Positions 29,167-37,266 of a DNA stretch of 64,000 bases are shown here, piece by piece. The position numbers and the translations under genes are program-made. Below the pieces are notes generated by a model that did no database searches, had not been told where the DNA came from, and worked only from the letters and a program-made list of their open reading frames with translations. Every line of letters starts with the position of its first letter. Position 1 is the stretch's first letter. The DNA is from Candidatus Omnitrophota bacterium (GTDB taxonomy: Bacteria > Omnitrophota > Gorgyraeia > Gygaellales > JBFMHM01), in assembly GCA_040753015.1 (NCBI GenBank), contig JBFMHM010000004.1, positions 10,853 through 74,852 of the forward strand, read 5' to 3'.

Positions 29167-29268
29167 TCACCGCAGCGCTGCGCCAAGAGCAGCAAGCTTT
29201 TCGGGTGTAAACGGGTTATGGATACGGTGAGCACTTTCGGTAATGTTAAAAATCCGTGAAATATCCAT
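29167..29268 (-). pseudogene. 33-codon N-terminal fragment of a YjhP-like SAM-dependent methyltransferase
   Basis: MDISRIFNITESAHRIHNPFTPEKLAALGAALR-stop resembles the YjhP N-terminus (from memory); GC-rich relative to flanks. Confidence 0.7.
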
Positions 29269-29310
29269 CTCAGAAAAATCCCGCTCTGCCACGCCTCCAC
29301 ATAAATTTTT

Positions 29311-29706
29311 TCAGAATGTACGAGAGGCTGCTTCTCTATTCTCTTCTTGTGTTTTTGTAACTTCAGAGATAATCTCTTCATTCTTTTTCTTTTTTTGGTC
29401 TGACTTTTCAAACGAAGATTCAGCCTCTTGGCGTTTATTACGCAATTCTTCCTTTAAGTTTTTATCTTCATCATCTTCCATTTCCTTAGGAGATGTTTTT
29501 TTGGCCTTCTTTTTTATATTTTTTTTTGTTATTTTTTTCTTTTTAGCCTTTGGATATTGGTTTTGCTGAGTTTCCTGTTTTACTTCAGTAGTCTTCATAT
29601 ATGCGGAGCTTTTATCTTCGCAATAGGCATTCATTACCCAAAGAACCACGAAAAAAAATCCAAGAAGGACAATTATTTTTATTTGTTCAAGCAATTTTAT
29701 AACCAT
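29311..29706 (-). CDS. Hypothetical Lys/Glu-rich protein with N-terminal hydrophobic segment (start uncertain)
   Basis: ORF track; low-complexity charged C-terminus. Confidence 0.5.
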   Translation of the reverse strand: MVIKLLEQIKIIVLLGFFFVVLWVMNAYCEDKSSAYMKTTEVKQETQQNQYPKAKKKKITKKNIKKKAKKTSPKEMEDDEDKNLKEELRNKRQEAESSFEKSDQKKKKNEEIISEVTKTQEENREAASRTF

Positions 29707-29728
29707 TTTTGATTTTATTTGAAAGTAA

Positions 29729-30142
29729 CTATCCGCCATAAATCACAGCAATGATCATCCCCTGCAATGGAGCCTTAACTAATTCAAGAATTGTCCAATA
29801 AATAACAACAGTGGTAGAAACAGTCATAAATGCGTATGTAGCAAGCATGCCTGGCAATATTCCTACAACCCAAACACATAATCCAAAAACAAGCCCCTTT
29901 ATAAATTTGTTCTTTCCAGGAATACCTTTACTTATTAATGCATACACAAAAGAAAGCAAAATACTTAATATTAAGCTCCCAATCATAAACATTACACCTG
30001 GTGGGCCATCCATAGGCTTCCATATATTAGTCGGCTCTATTTTATACACCCAATTAAAAATACCTCCGCAAGTCAACATGCCAACGATTGCATTAAAAAT
30101 TGTTATCACTACTCCTGCTGTCAATATTTTCCCTATTCTCAT
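29729..30142 (-). CDS. Four-TM hypothetical membrane protein (start revised to ATG 30142)
   Basis: GAGGAG RBS; four hydrophobic segments; upstream ORF extension runs into the IS end. Confidence 0.7.
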   Translation of the reverse strand: MRIGKILTAGVVITIFNAIVGMLTCGGIFNWVYKIEPTNIWKPMDGPPGVMFMIGSLILSILLSFVYALISKGIPGKNKFIKGLVFGLCVWVVGILPGMLATYAFMTVSTTVVIYWTILELVKAPLQGMIIAVIYGG

Positions 30143-30249
30143 TAAAGCATCTCCTCTTTTATTTTTAATCCATTTCTGCGCCAAAAGCAAAAAAAACGGG
30201 TAGAAGGGGACGGAATGCGATATCCCGAGTTTAACGGACATATTAATTA

Positions 30250-31105
30250 TTATACAGCATTTAGCTCCATCTGCTCTGGAGTAAGATAATTTAATGTTTG
30301 ATACAACCTTTGCTTATTGTAAAAAATTTCTATAAATTTAAATATTTCTGATTTTGCCTGATCTCGCGACATAAATTTTTCTCCAATAATTAATTCATTT
30401 TTCAATGTACTAAAGAAACTTTCAGCTACGGCATTGTCGTAACAATCTCCCTTTCGGCTCATGCTTGGCACTAGGCCAAAGGTGGTTAGCTTATTCCTGT
30501 AGTCATCTGAACCATAGATACTGCCGCGATCGGTATGATGCAATACTTCTGATTGCGGTTTGCGCTTTTTATGGCCATATCTAAGGCATTAGCGACTAGT
30601 TCTTTATTGTTTCTTTCAGACATTGACCAGCCGATTACTTTGCGTGAATATAAATCCAATAATATTGCCAAATATAGCCATCCATTTCGTGTTGCGACAA
30701 AAGTTACATCGCCCACCCATACCTTATTTGGTTTTGTAATTTTAAAACAACGATTTAACAGATTAGGCGCTATCCATTCAGTATTTTTTGATAGTGTTGT
30801 AACCTTGAATCTTCTGCGCCGCTTAGTCTCAATACCGTTTACTCTTCTAAGCCTAGCTATGCGATGCTTACCGCAACAAATCCCTTTAACCTTAAGTGCC
30901 TTCCAAGTTTTTATTGTACCATAATTTTTTCTTGATGTAATATGGATTTGCCGGATTTCTTCAATCAATAACTTATCAAGGAGCTTTCTTTTACTGAGCG
31001 GCCTTGTTTTCCAATCATAGTAGCCGCTTCTGCTAACCTTTAAAACTTTACACATTTTTTGGACCCCATATTGACAGTTATTTTCGCTAATAAAAGCGTA
31101 CTTTA
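30250..31105 (-). pseudogene. IS3 OrfB DDE transposase, frameshifted near 30566-30570
   Basis: WVGDVTF (D1) in one frame; HTDRGS (D2) and NAVAESFF (E) in another; one A missing from an A-run. Confidence 0.85.
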
Positions 31106-31399
31106 CTTGAGGTCCCTGGCAAAGTACGCTGCTGCTTTTTTTAATATATCCCGTTCTTCGGTTACTTCTTTTAGTTCCTTTTTAAGCCGGGCTACTTCGC
31201 TCATTTGGTCGAGCTTTGGCCGACCCGAACCAGAGAAAGCCGCTTCTCCTTTTCCCCTAATCTGATCTCTCCAGCGATAGAGTAGGGTACGTTTTACCCC
31301 TAGCTCCATAGCTAGTTCACTGGCAGGTTTTTCACCAGCATTCAACAGCCTAACTGCTTCAAGTTTAAACTCTTTTGGATACCTTCCCCGAACATCCAT
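31103..31399 (-). CDS. IS3 OrfA (HTH + leucine zipper)
   Basis: YPKEFKLEAV...ERDILKKAAAYF; A7G slippery site at 31135-31142. Confidence 0.92.
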   Translation of the reverse strand: MDVRGRYPKEFKLEAVRLLNAGEKPASELAMELGVKRTLLYRWRDQIRGKGEAAFSGSGRPKLDQMSEVARLKKELKEVTEERDILKKAAAYFARDLK

Positions 31400-31635
31400 T
31401 GGACACCTCCTTTGGGCATTATACCCATTTTTTTGTGTCCGTCAAATCGGGGTTAGCGCAGAAAGCGAACCCTACAACCCCTTAAAATACCGCTACTTAT
31501 AAGAATCCATCGAAAGCGTAGCATGGGTTGGCTTATCGCCCTAGACGTACCCGTCTTCAGTAAACCGATAAAACCCAAAGAGCCACCAACTTCAGAACCC
31601 TATTACGATTACGTAATTTAACGCCTACTTATTTA

Positions 31636-32337
31636 TTAGCTCTTTTCCCAGAAAAGCTCTCCGGAAGCGCTCACGATAAAAAGACGCACATATTGCTTCT
31701 TCCAAGATTCATTTTCTGATAAAAATTCCCCAATTTCCTTCTGTTCTTTACCTCGCGGAAACTTTAGGTAATCGTCAAAATACACCAATAAAGCGGTCAT
31801 ATTTGGTCTTTGAACGACTTCCGTTTTATTATCTATCGCTATCTTAATCTGATCTATCTTTTCTAAGATCGATTTGTGCCCCTCTCCCGTTTCATCTTCC
31901 ACTAAAATTCGCAAACCAGTTATTTTGGTACCTTCTTTGGTAACTTTTCCAGTTGTGCTAACATGGCCTTGTTCTAAAAAATATAACATCCGAAGATGCT
32001 CTTCTTCATTTCTATCTGCTTGGGTAATCTCTATATACTCGGGGATGGATTCCTTGACGCCCTTAAGTTTAACATCAAAATTCTGATCACCGAGACAATA
32101 TTCAATCTCTACATCATGCCACTCCTCCTTCTTGCGTTGAATCAAGCGGTAGAGCGGAAACAATTCTTCATAAAATTTCTTTGCGATACCTTTATGTAAA
32201 ATATTTTGTTTTTTTAGTTCTTCTCTATGGTCTCTTGTAATCGCTAGTTTTTGTTCAAACCATTCAATAAACTCTGCTGGAGTTCTTGCTTGAGAAAGCT
32301 CGGTTTCAGTTAGATAGTCTTCGAGTATTAGGTTCAT
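31636..32337 (-). CDS. Hypothetical protein, possible PD-(D/E)xK-like nuclease
   Basis: FYEE...QNFDVKL...YIEITQA pattern; AAGGGG RBS. Confidence 0.55.
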   Translation of the reverse strand: MNLILEDYLTETELSQARTPAEFIEWFEQKLAITRDHREELKKQNILHKGIAKKFYEELFPLYRLIQRKKEEWHDVEIEYCLGDQNFDVKLKGVKESIPEYIEITQADRNEEEHLRMLYFLEQGHVSTTGKVTKEGTKITGLRILVEDETGEGHKSILEKIDQIKIAIDNKTEVVQRPNMTALLVYFDDYLKFPRGKEQKEIGEFLSENESWKKQYVRLFIVSASGELFWEKS

Positions 32338-32348
32338 TCATCCCCTTT

Positions 32349-32831
32349 TTAAACCATTACTTCGGGCTTCCACTCTATAATTGGCTTGAAAGCATTCCAC
32401 CTTGCTTCCCCCGTTATTTCAGGCCGATAATCTTTATTGGTTTCAATTTCAAACGCCCCTCCGGGACAAACCATAACCCACAATTTCGGCATAAAAGGTG
32501 AAAAAATCTTGGCCCAACTCTTATAATGATTATTTGACCAAAAAATTAACACTTCTTGACCTTGCTCAACCTTCTCAAAAGCCATGCATAAATGCTTGTA
32601 GTCCTGTTTATGGAAAATGAGGCCTGTGACAGGCTCAGTGAATTTTGAACATATCACTGATAAAACCGCATAAGGATAATATTTACGGCCATTAATTTCG
32701 AATTCTTGGGTTTTATCAAAACGAAGGAATTTGGTTATTTTACAAAGAACCCCGTCAATTTCAGCCCATTGCTTATTGTTAATAAATGCTTTTGGGGGCA
32801 ATTCGTACTCCTCTAGGGTTCGCGTCCACAA
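32349..32831 (-). CDS. Hypothetical protein (TTG start, possibly 5'-truncated)
   Basis: 160-codon ORF immediately downstream of tRNA-Ser(TGA). Confidence 0.55.
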   Translation of the reverse strand: MWTRTLEEYELPPKAFINNKQWAEIDGVLCKITKFLRFDKTQEFEINGRKYYPYAVLSVICSKFTEPVTGLIFHKQDYKHLCMAFEKVEQGQEVLIFWSNNHYKSWAKIFSPFMPKLWVMVCPGGAFEIETNKDYRPEITGEARWNAFKPIIEWKPEVMV

Positions 32832-32884
32832 TTAGTGTGAACATTTTTCCCTTCCCTACTCGTCGGAGGGTTCATCAAAAAAAC

Positions 32885-32974
32885 TGGCGGAGAGGCTGGG
32901 ATTCGAACCCAGGGTGGGCATAAACCCACAACAGTTTTCAAGACTGCCGCTTTCAACCGCTCAGCCACCTCTCC
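32885..32974 (-). tRNA. tRNA-Ser(TGA)
   Basis: Loop CT-TGA-AA, long variable arm, CCA encoded. Confidence 0.95.
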
Positions 32975-33038
32975 AAATTTTTTTCAAAAATTTAGAGAAA
33001 TCTCGCCACTTCACCAAAGGTAAACGGCGGACTCTCCC
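32970..33038 (-). repeat. Double-hairpin element at the tRNA-Ser(TGA) 5' end, preceded by a duplicated GGAGAG
   Basis: Minus strand: GGAGAG-TCCGCC GTTTACC TTT GGTGAAGT GGCGAGA-TT-TCTCTAAATTTTT GA AAAAAATTTGGAGA. Confidence 0.7.
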
Positions 33039-33039
33039 A

Positions 33040-33300
33040 TTATTTTATATTAAGTTTATAATCTTTTATTAAATCCTTCAATCTTCTTCGGCCAGTTGTT
33101 GTCTTAAAAAAACTTTCCCTCTGTCGCGCCTCAATTAAACTGTTAAATCTTTCTTTATATATTATACTGAATGGTTTATATGCTTTTGTTGACCTAACCC
33201 TACCACCATTATGCTCTCTTAATCTCTTCTCAACATCTAAAGTACAACCAACATATGTTCGATATTTTAGCTTACTAAAAAGAATGTAAACATAATACAT
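33040..33300 (-). CDS. Stand-alone GIY-YIG nuclease (SLX1/UPF0213-like)
   Basis: YVYIL...YVGCT, RLREHN and EARQRE motifs. Confidence 0.92.
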   Translation of the reverse strand: MYYVYILFSKLKYRTYVGCTLDVEKRLREHNGGRVRSTKAYKPFSIIYKERFNSLIEARQRESFFKTTTGRRRLKDLIKDYKLNIK

Positions 33301-33307
33301 TCATACC

Positions 33308-33421
33308 GCCGCTTTTCCGCCTCGACAAAATTATTTTATAATTTTGTCGGGCGAGATCTCACCATTTTGCCTCGTTGTATTACAACGGGCGAATGGTGGA
33401 CAACCGCTCAGCCACCTCTCC
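33308..33421 (-). pseudogene. Duplicated 5' 29 nt of tRNA-Ser(TGA) interrupted in the D-loop by an 85-bp double hairpin (33316-33400)
   Basis: 33401-33421 plus 33308-33315 are identical to 32946-32974 when joined. Confidence 0.85.
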
Positions 33422-33426
33422 AAAAC

Positions 33427-34035
33427 TTATCCGAACAACTGACCAAAAACTGCAGAATAAAAAGTTTTAATAATACTAAATGTATCTTTTGCTACATCTA
33501 AAAAAGCAAATTCTTTCATTACTAAACTTAATAATAAAGCAATTAAAAAGAAATTTAATAAATATATTAAAGAAAAACTAAATAGATAATTAATTATCGC
33601 GTTCTTGCCATCTTCTACATTACGCATTTCCTCTGCAGTTAAAACTAAATGTAAAGTTGCGCTAAAACTAAATAATAGTAAGAAATAATTTAATAAATTT
33701 GGGTTATTATAAAATAAAGATGTTAAAAAATAAATTACAAATACAATAATGCTAAAAATTGGAAAAATATGTGGCGCAACTTCAAAAAACGAAGAAAAGG
33801 CCTTTGAACCTTCTTGAGAAATCTCTTTTCCTTTATCATAAACTTTAGTTGGTTTAAAAATAAATAGGTGCAATATTAAATAACAAATCACTCCACCATA
33901 GAAATAACTTAAATTCGTATTAGACAGACCGCTTAATTCAGCTACCAAAGCATGAGTTATAGCGTATACTACAGGAATTAAAAATAAACCGAACATACAT
34001 TTCACTATATTTAATAAAGGATCTAATTTAGCCAA
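33427..34035 (-). CDS. Hypothetical multi-pass membrane protein
   Basis: Five hydrophobic segments; overlaps the serS stop. Confidence 0.7.
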   Translation of the reverse strand: MAKLDPLLNIVKCMFGLFLIPVVYAITHALVAELSGLSNTNLSYFYGGVICYLILHLFIFKPTKVYDKGKEISQEGSKAFSSFFEVAPHIFPIFSIIVFVIYFLTSLFYNNPNLLNYFLLLFSFSATLHLVLTAEEMRNVEDGKNAIINYLFSFSLIYLLNFFLIALLLSLVMKEFAFLDVAKDTFSIIKTFYSAVFGQLFG

Positions 34036-35323
34036 TTTTTTTCGCTCCTCTCATATACGGCCGCAATACTTTTGGTATAAGTATTGAACCGCCCTTCTGC
34101 TGATAATTTTCTAAAATTGCAATTACTGTACGCGCAAGTGCAACCCCTGAACCATTTAACGTATGAACATAATCTATCTTTTTATCAACTGCTCTAAACT
34201 TAATGTTTGCCCGGCGAGCCTGAAAACTTTCAAAATTCGAACAACTCGATACTTCAAGCCATTTATCAATGCCCGGCGCATATACTTCGATATCATAACA
34301 CATGCTTGCTGCAAAGCTTAAATCACCACTTGCAAGCAAAACTATCCTATAAGGTAAATCTAAAAGTTGCAAGACTTTTTCTGCACATTTTACAAGCGAC
34401 TCAAGCTCATTATAAGATTTATCTGGATGGACAAATTTCACCATTTCTACCTTATCAAACTGATGCACGCGAATTAATCCGCGCGTATCTTTGCCATAAG
34501 AACCTGCCTCTTTACGAAAACAAGCAGAATAAGCAGTTAAATAGACTGGCAAATCTTTTTCTTCCAACACTTCATCGCGATAAATATTCGTTACCGGAAC
34601 TTCTGCAGTTGGGATTAGAAATAAATCTTCATCAGATATCCGATACATATCATCTTCTAACTTTGGTAATTGTCCTGTGCCAAACATTGAAGCGCGATTA
34701 ACTAAAAAAGGAGTGAACACTTCACTAAAACCGTGTTTCGTTGTATGTAAATCAAGCATGAAATTAATTAATGCCCTCTCAAGCTGCGCCCCTTGTTTTT
34801 TATAGAGAATATAATTTGATCCTGTAATTTTTGCTCCACGTTCAAAATCGATAATATCTAACTTTTGAGCTAGCTCGATATGAGTTTGCGCGGAAAATTT
34901 TAATTTTTTCGGCTCATTCCAGGTGCGTACAATTCTATTTTTTGAAGCATCACCCACCGGAACAAATTTAGAAGGAACATTAGGAATCCTAATTAATAAA
35001 TCGCTAAGTTCTGGCTCAACTTCTTTTAAAATATTCTTTAACTCAGTAATTTTATTAGAAATTTCTTTCATTGAGCCAGTTACCTCTTTAATATCTTTTT
35101 TCTCTTTTAAAAGGCGCGTGATTTCATCATTTGCCTGATTTTTCTTTTGCAATAAAGCTTCTAGCTCTGCCTGCGAGCTTCTTCTCTTATTATCCAACGC
35201 AATTATTCTATCTATATCAATTTCAATATTTTTTCCGCCAAAGGCGGATCCGCCTCGGGCGGAATTTTTTAAAGCTGTTTTGACTAAATCAATATTTTCC
35301 CTAATAAATTTTATATCAAGCAT
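34028..35323 (-). CDS. serS: Serine--tRNA ligase
   Basis: MLDIKFIREN, GTGQLPK, LIPTAEVP, FRKEAG, RVHQF, HTLNGSG. Confidence 0.97.
   Translation of the reverse strand: MLDIKFIRENIDLVKTALKNSARGGSAFGGKNIEIDIDRIIALDNKRRSSQAELEALLQKKNQANDEITRLLKEKKDIKEVTGSMKEISNKITELKNILKEVEPELSDLLIRIPNVPSKFVPVGDASKNRIVRTWNEPKKLKFSAQTHIELAQKLDIIDFERGAKITGSNYILYKKQGAQLERALINFMLDLHTTKHGFSEVFTPFLVNRASMFGTGQLPKLEDDMYRISDEDLFLIPTAEVPVTNIYRDEVLEEKDLPVYLTAYSACFRKEAGSYGKDTRGLIRVHQFDKVEMVKFVHPDKSYNELESLVKCAEKVLQLLDLPYRIVLLASGDLSFAASMCYDIEVYAPGIDKWLEVSSCSNFESFQARRANIKFRAVDKKIDYVHTLNGSGVALARTVIAILENYQQKGGSILIPKVLRPYMRGAKKIG
35234..35263. repeat. 30-bp in-frame double-palindrome insertion in serS (SARGGSAFGG)
   Basis: TCCGCC-AAA-GGCGGA TCCGCC-TCG-GGCGGA. 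Confidence 0.88.
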
Positions 35324-35332
35324 TGTAACTCC

Positions 35333-36793
35333 TCAGCCTTTTATTACGCCTATTGGACGCATTCTACAGACTTTTTTCGATATACCTGCCTTATGCACTA
35401 CATCAACCACATCGTTTACATCTTTATAAGCACCCGGCTGCTCTTCATCCAAACCAAATCTGCCTGAAGCCAGAGCAAATATACCTTTTTCTTCTAATTC
35501 GCGCCTGATTGAACGGCCCCTTGCATTTTTTATTGCCGCAGCGCGCGACATAAGACGGCCTGCGCCATGGCAGGTTGAACCAAAAGTCTCCTCTTCTGCC
35601 TTTTTTGTGCCAACTAACAAATAAGAATTTCTTCCCATATCACCGGGAATTATTACGGGTTGGCCTGTCTCTCTATATTTTTCCGGCAATGCTTTATTTT
35701 GCGGGCCAAAAGCACGCGTTGCCCCTTTTCTATGCACACAAAGTAATCTTTCCTTGCCATTTATTTTATATTTTTCAAGCTTTGCGATGTTATGAGCTAC
35801 ATCGTAAATCAGATCCATTCCCATTGAAGGCCAAGATTTATTAAAAAATTTTTCAAATACATCGCGCGCTAAATACATTAAACATTGCCGGTTTGCCCAA
35901 GCGTAATTTGCAGCGCATCGCATTGCGCCCAAATATGCCCTTGCTTCTTGGGAATTCACCGGTGCACAAGCAAGTTGACGGTCTGGCACATTTATGTTAT
36001 ATTTTTGCAAACACTGAATCATGCTTTTCGTGTAATCATCGCAAACTTGATAACCAAAACCACGCGATCCAGAATGAATCATAATTGTAATTTGATTTTC
36101 TTCTAAACCAAAGGCATCGGTAATACCACGGTTAAATATTTGATCGATAACCTGTAATTCTAAAAAATGATTACCTGATCCAAGCGTGCCTGACTGCGCC
36201 TTGCCTCGTTCATAAGCTCGCTCAGAAACACCAGATAGATCTGCACCAGCAATTGCACCGTTTTCTTCAGTTGCATCTAAGTCTTCCTTTACACCAAAAC
36301 CTTTTTCAACCGCCCACCTTGCGCCTTTAATTAAAATTTGTTTTTCTTCTTGAACGCTTACTTTAATCTGGCCTTTTGAGCCAACTCCAGCGGGTATTTC
36401 ATTAAATAATTTACAAACTAAATCTTTTAGTTTGTCTTTAACGTCGTCGTATTTAAAATTTGTCCGGACTAATCTAATCCCACAATTGATATCGAAACCA
36501 ACTCCTCCAGGAGAAACTACGCCACCTGCCTCAACATCAGTTGCGCACACACCTCCAATAGGAAAACCATACCCCCAATGAATATCAGGCATTGCCATTG
36601 AAACACCAACTATGCCTGGTAAAAAAGCAACATTAGCTACCTGTTCTGGAGCTTTATCATGGCGGATATCTTTTAAGAGCTTTTCATTTGCGTAAATTAT
36701 ACCGTCAACCCGCATTCCCGGCTTATAGCTCTTCGGAATACACCATCTGTAATCGTCAATTTTTTCAAGCGGCCCAGCCCAAATACCTACCAT
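35333..36793 (-). CDS. rtcB: RNA-splicing/repair ligase RtcB (archaeal/eukaryotic-type clade)
   Basis: MPDIHWGYGFPIG, DINCG, GSGNHF, HSGSRG, HRKGATR, TCHGAGR. Confidence 0.95.
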   Translation of the reverse strand: MVGIWAGPLEKIDDYRWCIPKSYKPGMRVDGIIYANEKLLKDIRHDKAPEQVANVAFLPGIVGVSMAMPDIHWGYGFPIGGVCATDVEAGGVVSPGGVGFDINCGIRLVRTNFKYDDVKDKLKDLVCKLFNEIPAGVGSKGQIKVSVQEEKQILIKGARWAVEKGFGVKEDLDATEENGAIAGADLSGVSERAYERGKAQSGTLGSGNHFLELQVIDQIFNRGITDAFGLEENQITIMIHSGSRGFGYQVCDDYTKSMIQCLQKYNINVPDRQLACAPVNSQEARAYLGAMRCAANYAWANRQCLMYLARDVFEKFFNKSWPSMGMDLIYDVAHNIAKLEKYKINGKERLLCVHRKGATRAFGPQNKALPEKYRETGQPVIIPGDMGRNSYLLVGTKKAEEETFGSTCHGAGRLMSRAAAIKNARGRSIRRELEEKGIFALASGRFGLDEEQPGAYKDVNDVVDVVHKAGISKKVCRMRPIGVIKG

Positions 36794-36817
36794 CGCAATC
36801 TCCTCTAAAACTATTTT

Positions 36818-37258
36818 CTATATCCAAAACCGACTATAATTAACGCTGGTTAATTGTCTAATACCCTCTTCATTAAGCTGACCAGATAATTCCGTAATAC
36901 TGCGTAAGTCAAATTCGTTGTCATCAATATCGTATAGCCACAATCTAAAAACTCTTAGTTTTTTATCTTCAACTAAAATAGTAACCCATAATCCGCCGAA
37001 GCTATTATCTTGAAGACCGATAACCAAAAATTTATTATCATAAATATCCTTAAATTTTTCACCATCAACAATAGCTAATTTGGCATCAGGATATGCTTTT
37101 TGCGTATAAATGTATGAGTCAAAATTCCTCCTAATTTCACAAGGAATTGGTGTATTATATATCTTATGCAAACCCTTAATTCCATCCGCAAAAACTATAC
37201 TAGTAAAAACTAAAAATGAAATTATAAATATAGCAATAACGTAATATGCCTGTTTCAT
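36818..37258 (-). CDS. Secreted hypothetical protein (start revised to ATG 37258)
   Basis: Signal peptide ending VFA-D; GGTGA RBS. Confidence 0.65.
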   Translation of the reverse strand: MKQAYYVIAIFIISFLVFTSIVFADGIKGLHKIYNTPIPCEIRRNFDSYIYTQKAYPDAKLAIVDGEKFKDIYDNKFLVIGLQDNSFGGLWVTILVEDKKLRVFRLWLYDIDDNEFDLRSITELSGQLNEEGIRQLTSVNYSRFWI

Positions 37259-37266
37259 ATCATCAC

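Larger units (their letters stand above)
30216..31460 (-). mobile_element. IS3-family insertion sequence, 1245 bp, 3-bp target duplication GAA
   Basis: Ends TGCGATATCCCGAGTTTAACGGACA / TGCGCTAACCCCGATTTGACGGACA (19/25 match); GAA at 30213-30215 and 31461-31463; orfA/orfB. Confidence 0.93.

Noticed and set aside
29127-29411. 94-aa ORF from the track
   Set aside because: Shadow frame overlapping a longer ORF and the YjhP-like fragment
31520-31565. CTGAAGA on the minus strand suggested a hammerhead ribozyme core
   Set aside because: No GAAA after a stem II and no stem III/cleavage triplet could be assembled
29122-32884. Integron cassette array (single same-strand ORFs with hairpin spacers)
   Set aside because: No RYYYAAC/GTTRRRY attC boxes in the spacers and no integrase
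33308-33421. Intron-containing or split tRNA (RtcB/archease are nearby)
   Set aside because: Only nt 1-29 are present with no matching 3' half; no group I core or clear bulge-helix-bulge; an intact copy lies 330 bp downstream
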